From PVC group bacterium (lineage in GTDB: Bacteria > Auribacterota > Erginobacteria > Erginobacterales > Erginobacteraceae), in assembly GCA_043804695.1 (NCBI GenBank), contig JAZDIV010000150.1:1-23683 (forward strand): 23,683 nucleotides of DNA. Direction: 5' to 3'. The translations under genes and the position numbers were made by a program. The notes beneath the pieces are model-generated. The model did not search any database and was not told where the DNA came from. It worked only from the letters and a program-made list of their open reading frames with translations. Numbering within the stretch: the first letter of the stretch is position 1; each line of letters starts with the position of its first letter. Positions 1 through 8,731 of this stretch are shown here, one piece after another.

Positions 1-99
1 GGTTTCTTCGGGTCCGCGCCCCATATATTCAACTTCGAATTTAATGATCGCTTCACTGATCGCAGCCTCGAGTTGTCCCTTTGTCATCTTTTTCATCAT
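1..99 (-). CDS. DUF2294 / MpsC-family protein, N-terminal part (continues off the left edge)
   Basis: Not in the ORF track. Manual minus-strand translation from ATG at 99 gives MMKKMTKGQLEAAISEAIIKFEVEYMGRGPEET, matching the 'TKGxxEAxI...FExEYMGRGP' N-terminus of DUF2294 proteins. In-frame alternative ATGs at 96 and 87. Confidence 0.8.
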   Translation of the reverse strand, partial: MMKKMTKGQLEAAISEAIIKFEVEYMGRGPEET

Positions 100-119
100 T
101 TTTCTCAGGTTAGGCTCCC

Positions 120-147
120 AGTATAGGATTGAAATTACCGAAGTCAA
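120..147 (-). promoter_or_regulatory. sigma70-type promoter of the DUF2294 gene
   Basis: Minus strand reads TTGACT-16 nt-TATACT, about 20 nt upstream of the ATG at 99. Confidence 0.55.
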
Positions 148-156
148 TAGTATTGA
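144..156. promoter_or_regulatory. Palindromic candidate operator TCAATA-G-TATTGA overlapping the -35 box
   Basis: Perfect 6-1-6 inverted repeat overlapping the predicted -35 element. Confidence 0.4.
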
Positions 157-419
157 ACTCCGATATATTGTGGTCCGACCCCAAAATTAACGATAACTCC
201 ATCTTCTTTATTCTCTCAGAGTATAATAGCGGATGGAAGTTACATGCTGCGATTTTGTCCGGTCATTACCGGGCATAAAAAATTCCGGGTGCCCTCGATT
301 TTTACTTCAAAACCTCACCATTTTAATCTATAAAATAGCTCACTGCTTTGGAATTATGTATATTGGGACCCGGATAACCCGGATTGCTATTCAGCAGGAT
401 ATAGGATAGACAATTAATA

Positions 420-466
420 ACCGGGATTATCCGGGGAAATGTATGATTTCCCCGGATGATCCCGGT
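420..466 (+). promoter_or_regulatory. 21-bp leader hairpin ending just before the RBS of the RND operon
   Basis: accgggattatccggggaaat-gtatg-atttccccggatgatcccggt pairs fully with one G-U; AAGGAGG follows at 468-474. Confidence 0.55.
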
Positions 467-482
467 CAAGGAGGCGCGCCTC

Positions 483-2882
483 ATGGTTAATCGCCGTTGT
501 ATCCTTCCCCTTCTCATTCTTTTCATTCTTACCGCCGGCAGCGGCTATGCCGAAGTCCGCGCGGTCCGGATCGGGCTGGTCACCGACGGGCCCTATTACT
601 ACGGCGCGGAGTGCTGGGAGCAGTTCAAGAAAGAGATCGCCGTTTTTGAGGGAGACGAGTTCCGGTTTTTCTATCCCCCCGGCTACCAGCTGGTCGACGG
701 CTGGAAACCGGAAGAGATCTCGGCCAACTGCCGACGGGTGCTGGACGCCGGAGAAGTGGATATTGTCGTAGGGATGGGGCTGGCCGCCTCATCCTTCTTT
801 GCCTCTCAGACCGATCTCGGAAAACCGGTGATTCTTTTCGGCGATCTCGACTTTGAACTGCTCGGATTGGAAGACGAGGCCGGGCACTCCCGGATCAGGA
901 ATCTCACTTTCCAGGTTGACCGGGGCAAGATCAGAAGGGACGTGGAGAGCATGGCCCGGATGGCGAGGGGGAAGGAGGTGACGGTTCTGGTCGATCGCGA
1001 GATCGCTGAAAATATTCAGGGTTTGGAAGAGATGGGCGAAACGCTTGCCCGGGAGGCGGGGATTCCCATCAGGTACGCCTATTACGCGCCGACCGTGGAG
1101 GAGACCATGAACGCGCTGCCTCCGTCCACCGCCTTCATCTACCTGACGCCCACCTATCAATGCAACACCCGGGAAAAACTCCGGCAACTGATCGAGGCGA
1201 TCAACCGCCGAAAGATTCCCACCTTCGCGCTGGAAGGGCGCCCGGTGGTGGAATTGGGCGCGCTGGCCGGGCTGTACGCCGGGAGCGCGGAGAAGATCGC
1301 CAAAAACAACGCGCTCAAGCTCTATGAAATTTTAAAAGGCGAAGCCCCGGAAGCGCAGAGTGTTTATTTCCGGGATCGGGAAGAGTTTGCCATCAACCTG
1401 GACACCGCCCGCCGGATCGGTTATTCCCCCGACTTTGATCTGATGATGGAGGCCCGGTTCATCAACGAGGAACGCGAAGAAGGTCCGCTGATCACGCTCC
1501 GGGACGCCGTCCGGACTGCGCTGGATAATAACCTGAGCTACCAGATCGCGCGGAGAGAGCTGGAAGAGGAGGAACACGCTTACCGTAAAGTCCTCGCCAA
1601 CCTCTTCCCCCAGATCGAGGCCACCGCCGACTACCAGCGGGTGGACAGCGACCGGGCCAAGTCTTCCCTGGGGATACAGCCGCGCTGGCAGAGCCAGGGA
1701 GGGGTGTCGCTCGAGCAGCTGATCTTCGACTACTCGGTCTGGAAGTCGGTTTCCCTGGCCCGTCTCTCCGTGGTCTCGGCCGAGCGCGATCTCGAAATCG
1801 CCCGGCTCGACACCGCCCGGGACGCCCTCCTTGCCTACTTCTCGGTGCTCCAGGCCCGGGAGTTGCTCCGGATTCAGAAGGAGAACCTTGACAGCACTCG
1901 GAATCACCTGGGGATCGCCCGGGTCCGGCTGGAGCAGGAGACGGGGAGCCGGGAAGACGTCCTCCGCCTGGAGTCGGAGTACAAGGGCGCTCTCACCTCC
2001 GTGATCGGCGCCGCCTTCGACCTGCAGAAAACATCGCTGCAGTTTAACGAGACATTGAACCGGCCCCAGGAGGAGCCCTTCCGCCTGGAGCGCATCAGTC
2101 CGGAGGAAGGGGGGGGCGTCTCTGTCTTCTCCACCCCCCGGACCGGCTCGTTGCTGGCCAACCAGGCCGACGCCGACCTTCTCCGGACCTTCCTGGTCGA
2201 AGCGGGTAACCGGTATTCCCCCGAGGTCATTCTGGCCCGTCTCAATGTCGAGATCTCCGAGGAAGACCTGACCCGCGCCCGGGCCGGGATCTGGAGTCCG
2301 ACGGTCGGCGCCCGGGCCGAGTACAACCGCCGGTTCGGGGAAGAGGTCTGGAACCCGGACAACGCCGGCGGCGGCGAGTGGGGAGACTCGGGGCCCTACC
2401 CGGACGACAACGAGTGGTCGCTGGTGGGATACGTCCGTCTGCCCCTCTGGAAGGGCGGCAGCAACTGGGCCGAGATGGGGGAGAAGCAGGTGACCGTCCG
2501 GAAGGCCAGCCAGGCCCTGAGCCTCCAGGAGCAGGGGACCGCCCTGGCCATCCGGTCCGCCTTCTTTGACCTGGCGGCCTCCAGTACCAACTGGGAACTG
2601 GACCGGGATCGGGAACGGATCGCCCGGGAGACCCTGGAACTGGTGACGGACAAATACCGGAAAGGGACCCTCCCGCTGATCGATCTTCTTGACGCGCAGT
2701 CACAGAATGTCAACGCCCAGGCGTCGGCGGTCTCGTCTTTCTACACTTCGATCACCGACCTGATCACCCTGGAGCGGCAGACCGGCTTCCTGGAGTACGT
2801 CCGGTCGGCGGAAGAGATAGAGGATTTCCTGGCCGGGATGGAGCGGCACATGAAGGATAGAGTAAATCCGAAATCCGAATGA
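483..2882 (+). CDS. TolC-family outer membrane efflux protein fused to an N-terminal ABC substrate-binding-like domain
   Basis: Signal peptide (MVNRRCILPLLILFILTAGSGYA). N-terminal ~330 aa has ABC_sub_bind-like motifs (RRKIPTF, VELGALAG, AINLDTARRIG). C-terminal half has two OEP repeats (LRDAVRTALDNN, YFSVLQARE, RLPLWKGG, YRKGTLPLIDLLDAQ). Start set at 483 because AAGGAGG lies at 468-474 (track start is 456). Confidence 0.88.
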   Translation: MVNRRCILPLLILFILTAGSGYAEVRAVRIGLVTDGPYYYGAECWEQFKKEIAVFEGDEFRFFYPPGYQLVDGWKPEEISANCRRVLDAGEVDIVVGMGLAASSFFASQTDLGKPVILFGDLDFELLGLEDEAGHSRIRNLTFQVDRGKIRRDVESMARMARGKEVTVLVDREIAENIQGLEEMGETLAREAGIPIRYAYYAPTVEETMNALPPSTAFIYLTPTYQCNTREKLRQLIEAINRRKIPTFALEGRPVVELGALAGLYAGSAEKIAKNNALKLYEILKGEAPEAQSVYFRDREEFAINLDTARRIGYSPDFDLMMEARFINEEREEGPLITLRDAVRTALDNNLSYQIARRELEEEEHAYRKVLANLFPQIEATADYQRVDSDRAKSSLGIQPRWQSQGGVSLEQLIFDYSVWKSVSLARLSVVSAERDLEIARLDTARDALLAYFSVLQARELLRIQKENLDSTRNHLGIARVRLEQETGSREDVLRLESEYKGALTSVIGAAFDLQKTSLQFNETLNRPQEEPFRLERISPEEGGGVSVFSTPRTGSLLANQADADLLRTFLVEAGNRYSPEVILARLNVEISEEDLTRARAGIWSPTVGARAEYNRRFGEEVWNPDNAGGGEWGDSGPYPDDNEWSLVGYVRLPLWKGGSNWAEMGEKQVTVRKASQALSLQEQGTALAIRSAFFDLAASSTNWELDRDRERIARETLELVTDKYRKGTLPLIDLLDAQSQNVNAQASAVSSFYTSITDLITLERQTGFLEYVRSAEEIEDFLAGMERHMKDRVNPKSE

Positions 2883-2897
2883 ATGAAGCGGCCTGAT

Positions 2898-3049
2898 TTA
2901 CTGCTTCGGAATTTCAATAATTATTAGCCACCAAGGCACAAAGGCACCAAGAAAAGAGGGAAAAAGGTAAAATACTCATCTCATTTGGTTTTTTCTTGGT
3001 GTCTTAGTGTCTTGGTGGCAAAAGTTGCGAGCGAAGCGAGCTAATTTAT
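2898..3049. repeat. Conserved-end intergenic element, copy A, enclosing a 29-bp-arm inverted repeat (2927-2955 / 2991-3019)
   Basis: Left 20-mer ttactgcttcggaatttcaa (2898-2917) and right 25-mer ttgcgagcgaagcgagctaatttat (3025-3049) both recur exactly at 19088-19107 and 19357-19381. Confidence 0.8.
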
Positions 3050-3062
3050 TAAGGAGAATAAG

Positions 3063-4160
3063 ATGAAACGAATTGTCGGGAAATATCTGTTTGTGATGGG
3101 GTTGGCGGCGTCGACACTGCTGGCGGCAGGCGGCTGCGGGAAGAAGGAGCCGATCGTCGAGGAGGAGGTCATCCGCCCGGTCAAGGTGATCACGGTCGGG
3201 GCGGCGGACGAGGGGCTGAAGCGCACCTTCAGCGGGACGGTCCGGGCGGGCCAGGAAGCCTCCCTCGCCTTCCGGGTGAGCGGTAAGGTCGAGGAGATAC
3301 TGGTCTCGGTGGGAGAGAAGGTGGAGAAGGGCCGGGTTCTGGCCCGGCTTGATCAGCATGACTACGAACTCGCCGTCAGGAACATCGAGAGCACCCTGGC
3401 CAGCGCCCGAGCGGCCTATAAGAATTCCGAGAGCAGTTATCAGCGGAACAAGCGGCTGTATGAGAACAGCAACATCAGCAAGGCCGAGCTTGACCAGAAC
3501 GAGGCGCAGCGGAACTCCGATCGGGCGCAGGTCGAGGCCCTGGAAGCCCAGCTGGAGCAGGCCCGCAACCAGCTTGCTTATACCCGGCTGGAAGCGCCTT
3601 TCAGCGGATTCATCTCCGCCAAAAAAATCGAGGAGTTCGAGAATGTGAGCGCCGGGCAGGCGGTCTTCGCTCTGGTCGATCCCGGGAAGCTGAAGGCGGA
3701 CGTCGGCATCCCGGAAAGCCTGATTTTCCGGGTCAGTGAAGGAGGATCCGTCACGGTGGCGCTCGAGAGCCTCCCGGGCCGGGAGTTTTCCGGCACGGTC
3801 AGCGAGGTGGGGGTGGCGCTTGATGCCTCGACCGGCACCTACCCGGTGACGGTAGTCATGTCCGATCCGTCTCCGGAGATTTTGCCGGGGATGACGGCGG
3901 AGGTGACTTTCACCTTCGGGTTCACCGGGAGCAAGGGATTCATCGTGCCGACCTCGGCGATCCTGGAAGATATCCAGACCGGCAATCGCTATCTCTGGGT
4001 CGTGGCCGATGACGGCACGGTCGGCAAGCGCGGCGTGCAGACCGGCGCCCTCGTTGTCGACGGGCTGGAGATCATCTCGGGGATAGAGGAGGGGGAGGTC
4101 GTGGTGACGGCCGGCGTCCACCAGATTGAGGAAGGGCAGAAGGTGAAGGTGTTGGAATAA
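3063..4160 (+). CDS. RND efflux periplasmic adaptor (membrane fusion protein), likely lipoprotein
   Basis: Lipobox-like LAAGGC, LAFRVSGKV lipoyl half-motif, coiled hairpin, LEAPFSG, ILPGMTA, C-terminal GIEEGEVVV; RBS AAGGAG upstream. Confidence 0.93.
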   Translation: MKRIVGKYLFVMGLAASTLLAAGGCGKKEPIVEEEVIRPVKVITVGAADEGLKRTFSGTVRAGQEASLAFRVSGKVEEILVSVGEKVEKGRVLARLDQHDYELAVRNIESTLASARAAYKNSESSYQRNKRLYENSNISKAELDQNEAQRNSDRAQVEALEAQLEQARNQLAYTRLEAPFSGFISAKKIEEFENVSAGQAVFALVDPGKLKADVGIPESLIFRVSEGGSVTVALESLPGREFSGTVSEVGVALDASTGTYPVTVVMSDPSPEILPGMTAEVTFTFGFTGSKGFIVPTSAILEDIQTGNRYLWVVADDGTVGKRGVQTGALVVDGLEIISGIEEGEVVVTAGVHQIEEGQKVKVLE

Positions 4161-4216
4161 GGTTTTCTTTTAAATTGGGTACATAGTTTCAAATAATACA
4201 GATAGATTAAACGATA

Positions 4217-4448
4217 AAATCCGAAATCCGAATGTCGAAATCCTAAAGAAATCCAAATCCCGAAATTCAAATGTCCAAAATCAACGGTCGCCGAGCAATA
4301 GGCAGGCGGGAAGATTATTAAGTAAGAGTATTAATGTGACCAATTTCCGGAGGTATGCTCCATACGGCTTTAAGATTATCCGGCGGCCAGTTTTGGTTAT
4401 TGGGATTTAGGCATTGATTCGGATTTCGGATTTCGGGTTTCGGAATTT
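4217..4448. repeat. Long imperfect inverted repeat built of AAATCCG / CGGATTT heptamer units
   Basis: Left arm about 4217-4280 (aaatccgaaatccgaatgtcgaaatcc...tccaaaa); right arm about 4391-4448 (ttttgg...ttcggatttcggatttcgggtttcggaattt); ~110-nt non-coding interior. Confidence 0.75.
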
Positions 4449-4487
4449 ACTAGTTCAGATGTCGGTGTTTATCAGAGAGGTTCCACT

Positions 4488-7400
4488 ATGTCATTAACTG
4501 AATTTGCCTTAAAGAGAAGCCGCCTCACCGTCGTTCTCCTCGTCGTCATCCTTTTCGGAGGGATCTCGGCCTATCTCTCGCTCCCCCAGTCGGAGGACCC
4601 CGACTTCACCATCCGGACGGCGATGGTCATGACCTACTTTCCCGGCGCCTCGCCGGAAAGGGTCGAGCAGCTGGTCACCGACCAGCTCGAGCAGAAGATC
4701 CAGGAGATCCCCGAACTCGATCACATCGCCTCCGAGTCGCGGACCGGCGTTTCCCTGGTCTTCGTCGAGATCAAGGAGAAGTACACGGACATGCGGCCCA
4801 TCTGGCGGAAGCTCCGGGACAAGGTGGACGACGCCAGACCTAATCTGCCCGAGGGGATCGACGGTCCCTACGTCCAGGATGACTTCGGCGATGTTTTCGG
4901 GATCATGATCGCGATGACCGGCGAGGGGTTCAGCCAGGCCGAAATGGACGACTATGCCCGGGATATCAGGAAAGAACTCCTGCTGATCGAAAACGTGGCC
5001 CGGGTTGATATCATGGGCAGCCAGGAGGAGCGGATCTTTGTCGAGTTCTCCAACGCCCGCCTGGCCGAGATGGGATTGAGCCCGGCCCAGCTGGCCGATG
5101 CCCTGCAGACGGAGAACATCGTTCTCCCGGGAGGATACGTGAATATCGGGCCCGACAAGATCGTGGTGGAGCCGACCGGGAATTACGAGAACATCGAAGA
5201 TCTCCGCAACACCGTCATCCGCCTTTCCCAGCAGGGAGGAGAACGGCTGATCTATCTCAAGGACATCGCTTCCATCACCCGCAGCTACGTGGATCCCCCG
5301 GATACGATCGTCCATTACAACGGCCAACCCGCCGTTCTCCTGGCCGTCAACATGGCCCAGGGCGGCAACATCGTCACCCTTGGCGAGAAGATCGACGCCT
5401 TTTTGAAAGAAGCGCGCCCCGGCCTGCCGGTCGGCATCGACTTCCATTATGCGGCATTTCAGCCGGAGTATGTCACCACCGCCATCAACGACTTCATGGA
5501 AAATCTTCTGGAGGGCGTGATCGCCGTCCTGGCGGTCATGCTGGTCTTCCTCGGTCTCCGGACCGGCCTGGTGGTGGCCCCCCTGATCCCGATGACGATG
5601 CTGCTGACGTTTCTTTTAATGAACGCCTTCGGGGTCACCCTCCAGCAGGTGTCGATCGCCTCCCTGATCATCGCCCTGGGGATGCTGGTCGATAACGCCA
5701 TCGTGATGAGCGAGGATATCATGGTCCGGCTCGAAAAAGGGGAGGAGCGCTTCGCCGCCGCCGTGGCGGCCGGGAAGGAGCTGGCTGTCCCGCTCCTGAC
5801 ATCGACCCTGACCACCTCCGCCGCTTTCCTGGCGATCTTTCTGGCCCGCTCGACCGTGGGTGAATACTGCCGGAGCCTCTTTATCGTGGTCACCATGGCC
5901 CTTCTCTCCTCCTGGGTTCTCGCCCTGACCATGATCCCCCTCTTCTGCTTCTGGTTCCTGAAGGTGAAAAAAGACAAGCCTCCCCAGGAGTTCCGGGGAA
6001 AGTTTTACCGCACCTACCGGTCCTTTCTCCACTGGATGCTCACCCATCGCGGCCTGAGCATCGTTATCCTGCTCCTGGTCTTTATCGGGGTGATGCAGCT
6101 CTTCGGCTTTATTCCCAAGATCTTTTTCCCGGCCGCCGTCCGGCCCCAGTTCGTGATCGACTTCTGGCTCCCCGAGGGCACCCATCTCCGGGAGACCTAC
6201 CGGGAGATGCTCCCGGTGGAGGAATTCCTGGTGTCACGTCCCGAAGTTGATAATTTTTCGGTTTACGTGGGGGAGTCGAGCCCCCGGTTCTACCTGGCCC
6301 TTTCCCAGGAACAGAGCAATGAGAACTACGCGTTCTTCCTGGTCAACTGCCGCTCGCTCGAGGACATGGACCGGCTGATGGAAGATGTCTATCTTTTCAT
6401 GGCCGAAAACTGCCCCAGCGTTAACCCGGTGGTGAAGAAGCTGGAGACCGGCGCCCCGGTCGGCGCTCCCATCCAGATCCGGCTCTCCGGGCGGGACATC
6501 AGCCCCCGAGGGATCAAGGAACTCTACCGGCTGGCGGATCAGGTCAAAGAGCTGCTCCGGGAGACGCCGGGGTCTCTCTCCATCCGGGATTCGTGGGGCT
6601 CCCCGATCAAGAAGCTCTATGTCCGGGTCGATCAGGCGCGGGCGCGCCGGGCCGGGCTGACCAGCCAGGACATCGCCGTTTCGCTGCAGACCCAGCTGGC
6701 TGGCTACCAGGCCACCGAGTACCGGGAGGCGGAAAAGATCATCCCGGTTGAACTGCGGTCGGTCCAGGCCAACCGGGTTGACCTGGGCAAGATCGAGGGG
6801 ATGAACGTCTATTCCCTGAGCACCGGCCAGAGCGTCCCTCTCCGCCAGCTGGCGCGGCCCGAGTTTACGTCCGAGGTGGCCAAGATCGGTCGCCGCGACC
6901 GCAAGCGGGTGATGACCATCAAGTGCGATCTCGTCCCCGGGAGAACAGCCACCGAGGTCCTGGACGAAATCAAGCCCCGGCTCGCCGCCCTGACGAAGGC
7001 ATGGCCCCCCGGCTACGAGGTCGAGTACGGCGGCGAGTTCGAGGAGAACGAGAAAGCCAACCAGTCGATCGTGGATCAGCTTCCGATCTCGGCCTTTATT
7101 ATCCTGGTGCTCCTGGTCTGGCAGTTCAACTCCTTCCGCAAGACCCTGATTATCCTCATCACCATCCCGATGGGCCTGATCGGCGCCATCCTGGGCCTCT
7201 TTCTGACCGGGAGCGAGTTCGGCTTCATGTCGATGCTGGGGATGGTCGCCCTGGCCGGGATCGTGATCAATAACGCGATCGTGCTGATCGACAGGATCCA
7301 GCTGGAGATGGAGGAGGGGAAGTCCGGTCAGGATGCCATCGTCCTGGCCGCCCAGAAACGCTTTCGCCCGATCCTCCTGACCACGGTAACCACCCTCTGC

Positions 7401-7577
7401 GGCCTTCTTCCTCTCGCCCTCCAGGGCGGTCCCCTCTGGGAGTCGATGGCCTGGACGATCATCGGGGGGCTCCTCTTCGCCACCGTTCTGACGCTGGGAT
7501 TTGTGCCGCTGCTCTATTCTCTTTTTTTCAAACTGAAGTTTGAAAAAAAGAAACAGTATGGACTTATTAAAAAATGA
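4488..7577 (+). CDS. RND efflux transporter permease subunit (AcrB/AcrD/AcrF family)
   Basis: 1029 aa with YFPGASPERVE, LGMLVDNAIV, GIVINNAIVLID and RFRPILLT motifs; 12-TM layout with two periplasmic loops. Confidence 0.95.
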   Translation: MSLTEFALKRSRLTVVLLVVILFGGISAYLSLPQSEDPDFTIRTAMVMTYFPGASPERVEQLVTDQLEQKIQEIPELDHIASESRTGVSLVFVEIKEKYTDMRPIWRKLRDKVDDARPNLPEGIDGPYVQDDFGDVFGIMIAMTGEGFSQAEMDDYARDIRKELLLIENVARVDIMGSQEERIFVEFSNARLAEMGLSPAQLADALQTENIVLPGGYVNIGPDKIVVEPTGNYENIEDLRNTVIRLSQQGGERLIYLKDIASITRSYVDPPDTIVHYNGQPAVLLAVNMAQGGNIVTLGEKIDAFLKEARPGLPVGIDFHYAAFQPEYVTTAINDFMENLLEGVIAVLAVMLVFLGLRTGLVVAPLIPMTMLLTFLLMNAFGVTLQQVSIASLIIALGMLVDNAIVMSEDIMVRLEKGEERFAAAVAAGKELAVPLLTSTLTTSAAFLAIFLARSTVGEYCRSLFIVVTMALLSSWVLALTMIPLFCFWFLKVKKDKPPQEFRGKFYRTYRSFLHWMLTHRGLSIVILLLVFIGVMQLFGFIPKIFFPAAVRPQFVIDFWLPEGTHLRETYREMLPVEEFLVSRPEVDNFSVYVGESSPRFYLALSQEQSNENYAFFLVNCRSLEDMDRLMEDVYLFMAENCPSVNPVVKKLETGAPVGAPIQIRLSGRDISPRGIKELYRLADQVKELLRETPGSLSIRDSWGSPIKKLYVRVDQARARRAGLTSQDIAVSLQTQLAGYQATEYREAEKIIPVELRSVQANRVDLGKIEGMNVYSLSTGQSVPLRQLARPEFTSEVAKIGRRDRKRVMTIKCDLVPGRTATEVLDEIKPRLAALTKAWPPGYEVEYGGEFEENEKANQSIVDQLPISAFIILVLLVWQFNSFRKTLIILITIPMGLIGAILGLFLTGSEFGFMSMLGMVALAGIVINNAIVLIDRIQLEMEEGKSGQDAIVLAAQKRFRPILLTTVTTLCGLLPLALQGGPLWESMAWTIIGGLLFATVLTLGFVPLLYSLFFKLKFEKKKQYGLIKK

Positions 7578-7583
7578 TTTTGC

Positions 7584-7925
7584 TTAAAGAAAGCGGACGA
7601 AGCGGTTCTTCTCGTCCACCAGGATGCTCCGGGGCTTGATCGGGGTATCGCTCAGCTCGAAGCCCATGATGATGACCTGATCGCCTGTATCGATGAGATG
7701 GGCGGAGGCCCCGTTCATGCAGATAATCCCGGAACCCCGCTTGCCCCTGATCACGTAGGTCTCCACCCGGGCCCCGTTGGTGTTGTCGACTACCAGGACC
7801 TTCTCCCCGAGCAGGAAACCGGCCTTCTCGATCAGGTCCTCGTCGATGGTGACGGACCCGATGTAGTCAATGTCGGCATCGGTAACGGTGGCCCGGTGAA
7901 TCTTGGATCGCAGAAACCATCTCAT
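7584..7925 (-). CDS. panD: Aspartate 1-decarboxylase (pyruvoyl-dependent)
   Basis: [13 protein letters not shown] self-cleavage site, NGARVETY and NGASAH motifs; 113 aa. Confidence 0.96.
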   Translation of the reverse strand: MRWFLRSKIHRATVTDADIDYIGSVTIDEDLIEKAGFLLGEKVLVVDNTNGARVETYVIRGKRGSGIICMNGASAHLIDTGDQVIIMGFELSDTPIKPRSILVDEKNRFVRFL

Positions 7926-7956
7926 TTAAAATCAGTGCCTCCGGCGCTGATTTTAA
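7926..7956 (-). promoter_or_regulatory. Hairpin enclosing the putative SD (GGAGG) directly before the panD start
   Basis: Minus strand ttaaaatcag-cgccggaggca-ctgattttaa-ATG: 10-bp stem abutting the start codon. Confidence 0.5.
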
Positions 7957-8042
7957 TGTATATTTTACAGCGCCGTCTGTTAAATCTGAGTTGATCAATA
8001 ATCGGCAGTATAGTAAGAGCTGCTGCTGGCGTCAACCGTACA

Positions 8043-8537
8043 ATGAACCTTGTCTGGCAGATCCTTATCTGGTTTATTGTGGCTGTTTTTTTCCTGGCCG
8101 GTTTGGCCGGGAGCATTATTCCCGGCATCCCCGGGCCGCCCCTGGTCTTTGCCGGCGCGCTTTTTTACGGCCTGGTGACCGATTTCCGCGAGGCGGGCTG
8201 GATAGTGCTTTCTGTCCTGGGTCTTCTCGCGGCTCTCTCCCAGATCCTGGATTATCTCGCCTCCGCCTACGGGGCGAAAAAGTTCGGCGGAAGTTCGTGG
8301 GGGATCTGGGGTTCGATCCTCGGCGGCCTGATCGGGTTCATCGTCTTCACCATTCCGGGGATGATTGCGGGGCTCTTCGCCGGCGCGGTTTTGATGGAGC
8401 TCTGGAAGGGGAAGAAAGAAACGGGGGCTGCCCTGAAAGTCGGCGGCGGAAGCTTGCTGGGTTTCCTGGGAGGCACCCTGATGAAGGCGATCGTCAGCCT
8501 CCTGATGATCGGCCTCTTCGCCGCCGCCCTCCTTTAA
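8043..8537 (+). CDS. DUF456 (YqgC-like) membrane protein
   Basis: GSIIPGIPGPPL, LDYLASAYGAKKFGGSSWG and GSILGGLIG motifs; hydrophobic throughout. Confidence 0.88.
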   Translation: MNLVWQILIWFIVAVFFLAGLAGSIIPGIPGPPLVFAGALFYGLVTDFREAGWIVLSVLGLLAALSQILDYLASAYGAKKFGGSSWGIWGSILGGLIGFIVFTIPGMIAGLFAGAVLMELWKGKKETGAALKVGGGSLLGFLGGTLMKAIVSLLMIGLFAAALL

Positions 8538-8573
8538 ATGATTTTCGGTTTGACTAATGCACCGAAAATCATT
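8537..8573 (+). terminator. Stem-loop after the DUF456 stop (possible terminator)
   Basis: Perfect 13-bp stem aatgattttcggt / accgaaaatcatt; no clear U-tract. Confidence 0.4.
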
Positions 8574-8731
8574 AGTATCCGGCTCCCTCAAAGTTGAGGA
8601 GGGTTCTCTAACGGATCCTTAGTTCAGAATTATGATTGAGCGGTGGTGGGATTTTAAAAAGGAAAGAAGTGCAGTCAAAAGATATATTTACATTTACGCC
8701 GGAGGCGGAAATGTAAAAGGAGGATGTCAAA

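Noticed and set aside
158..173. NrdR-box-like sequence ctccgatatattgtgg
   Set aside because: Only the right half matches, no second box about 31 bp away, and no ribonucleotide reductase gene in view.
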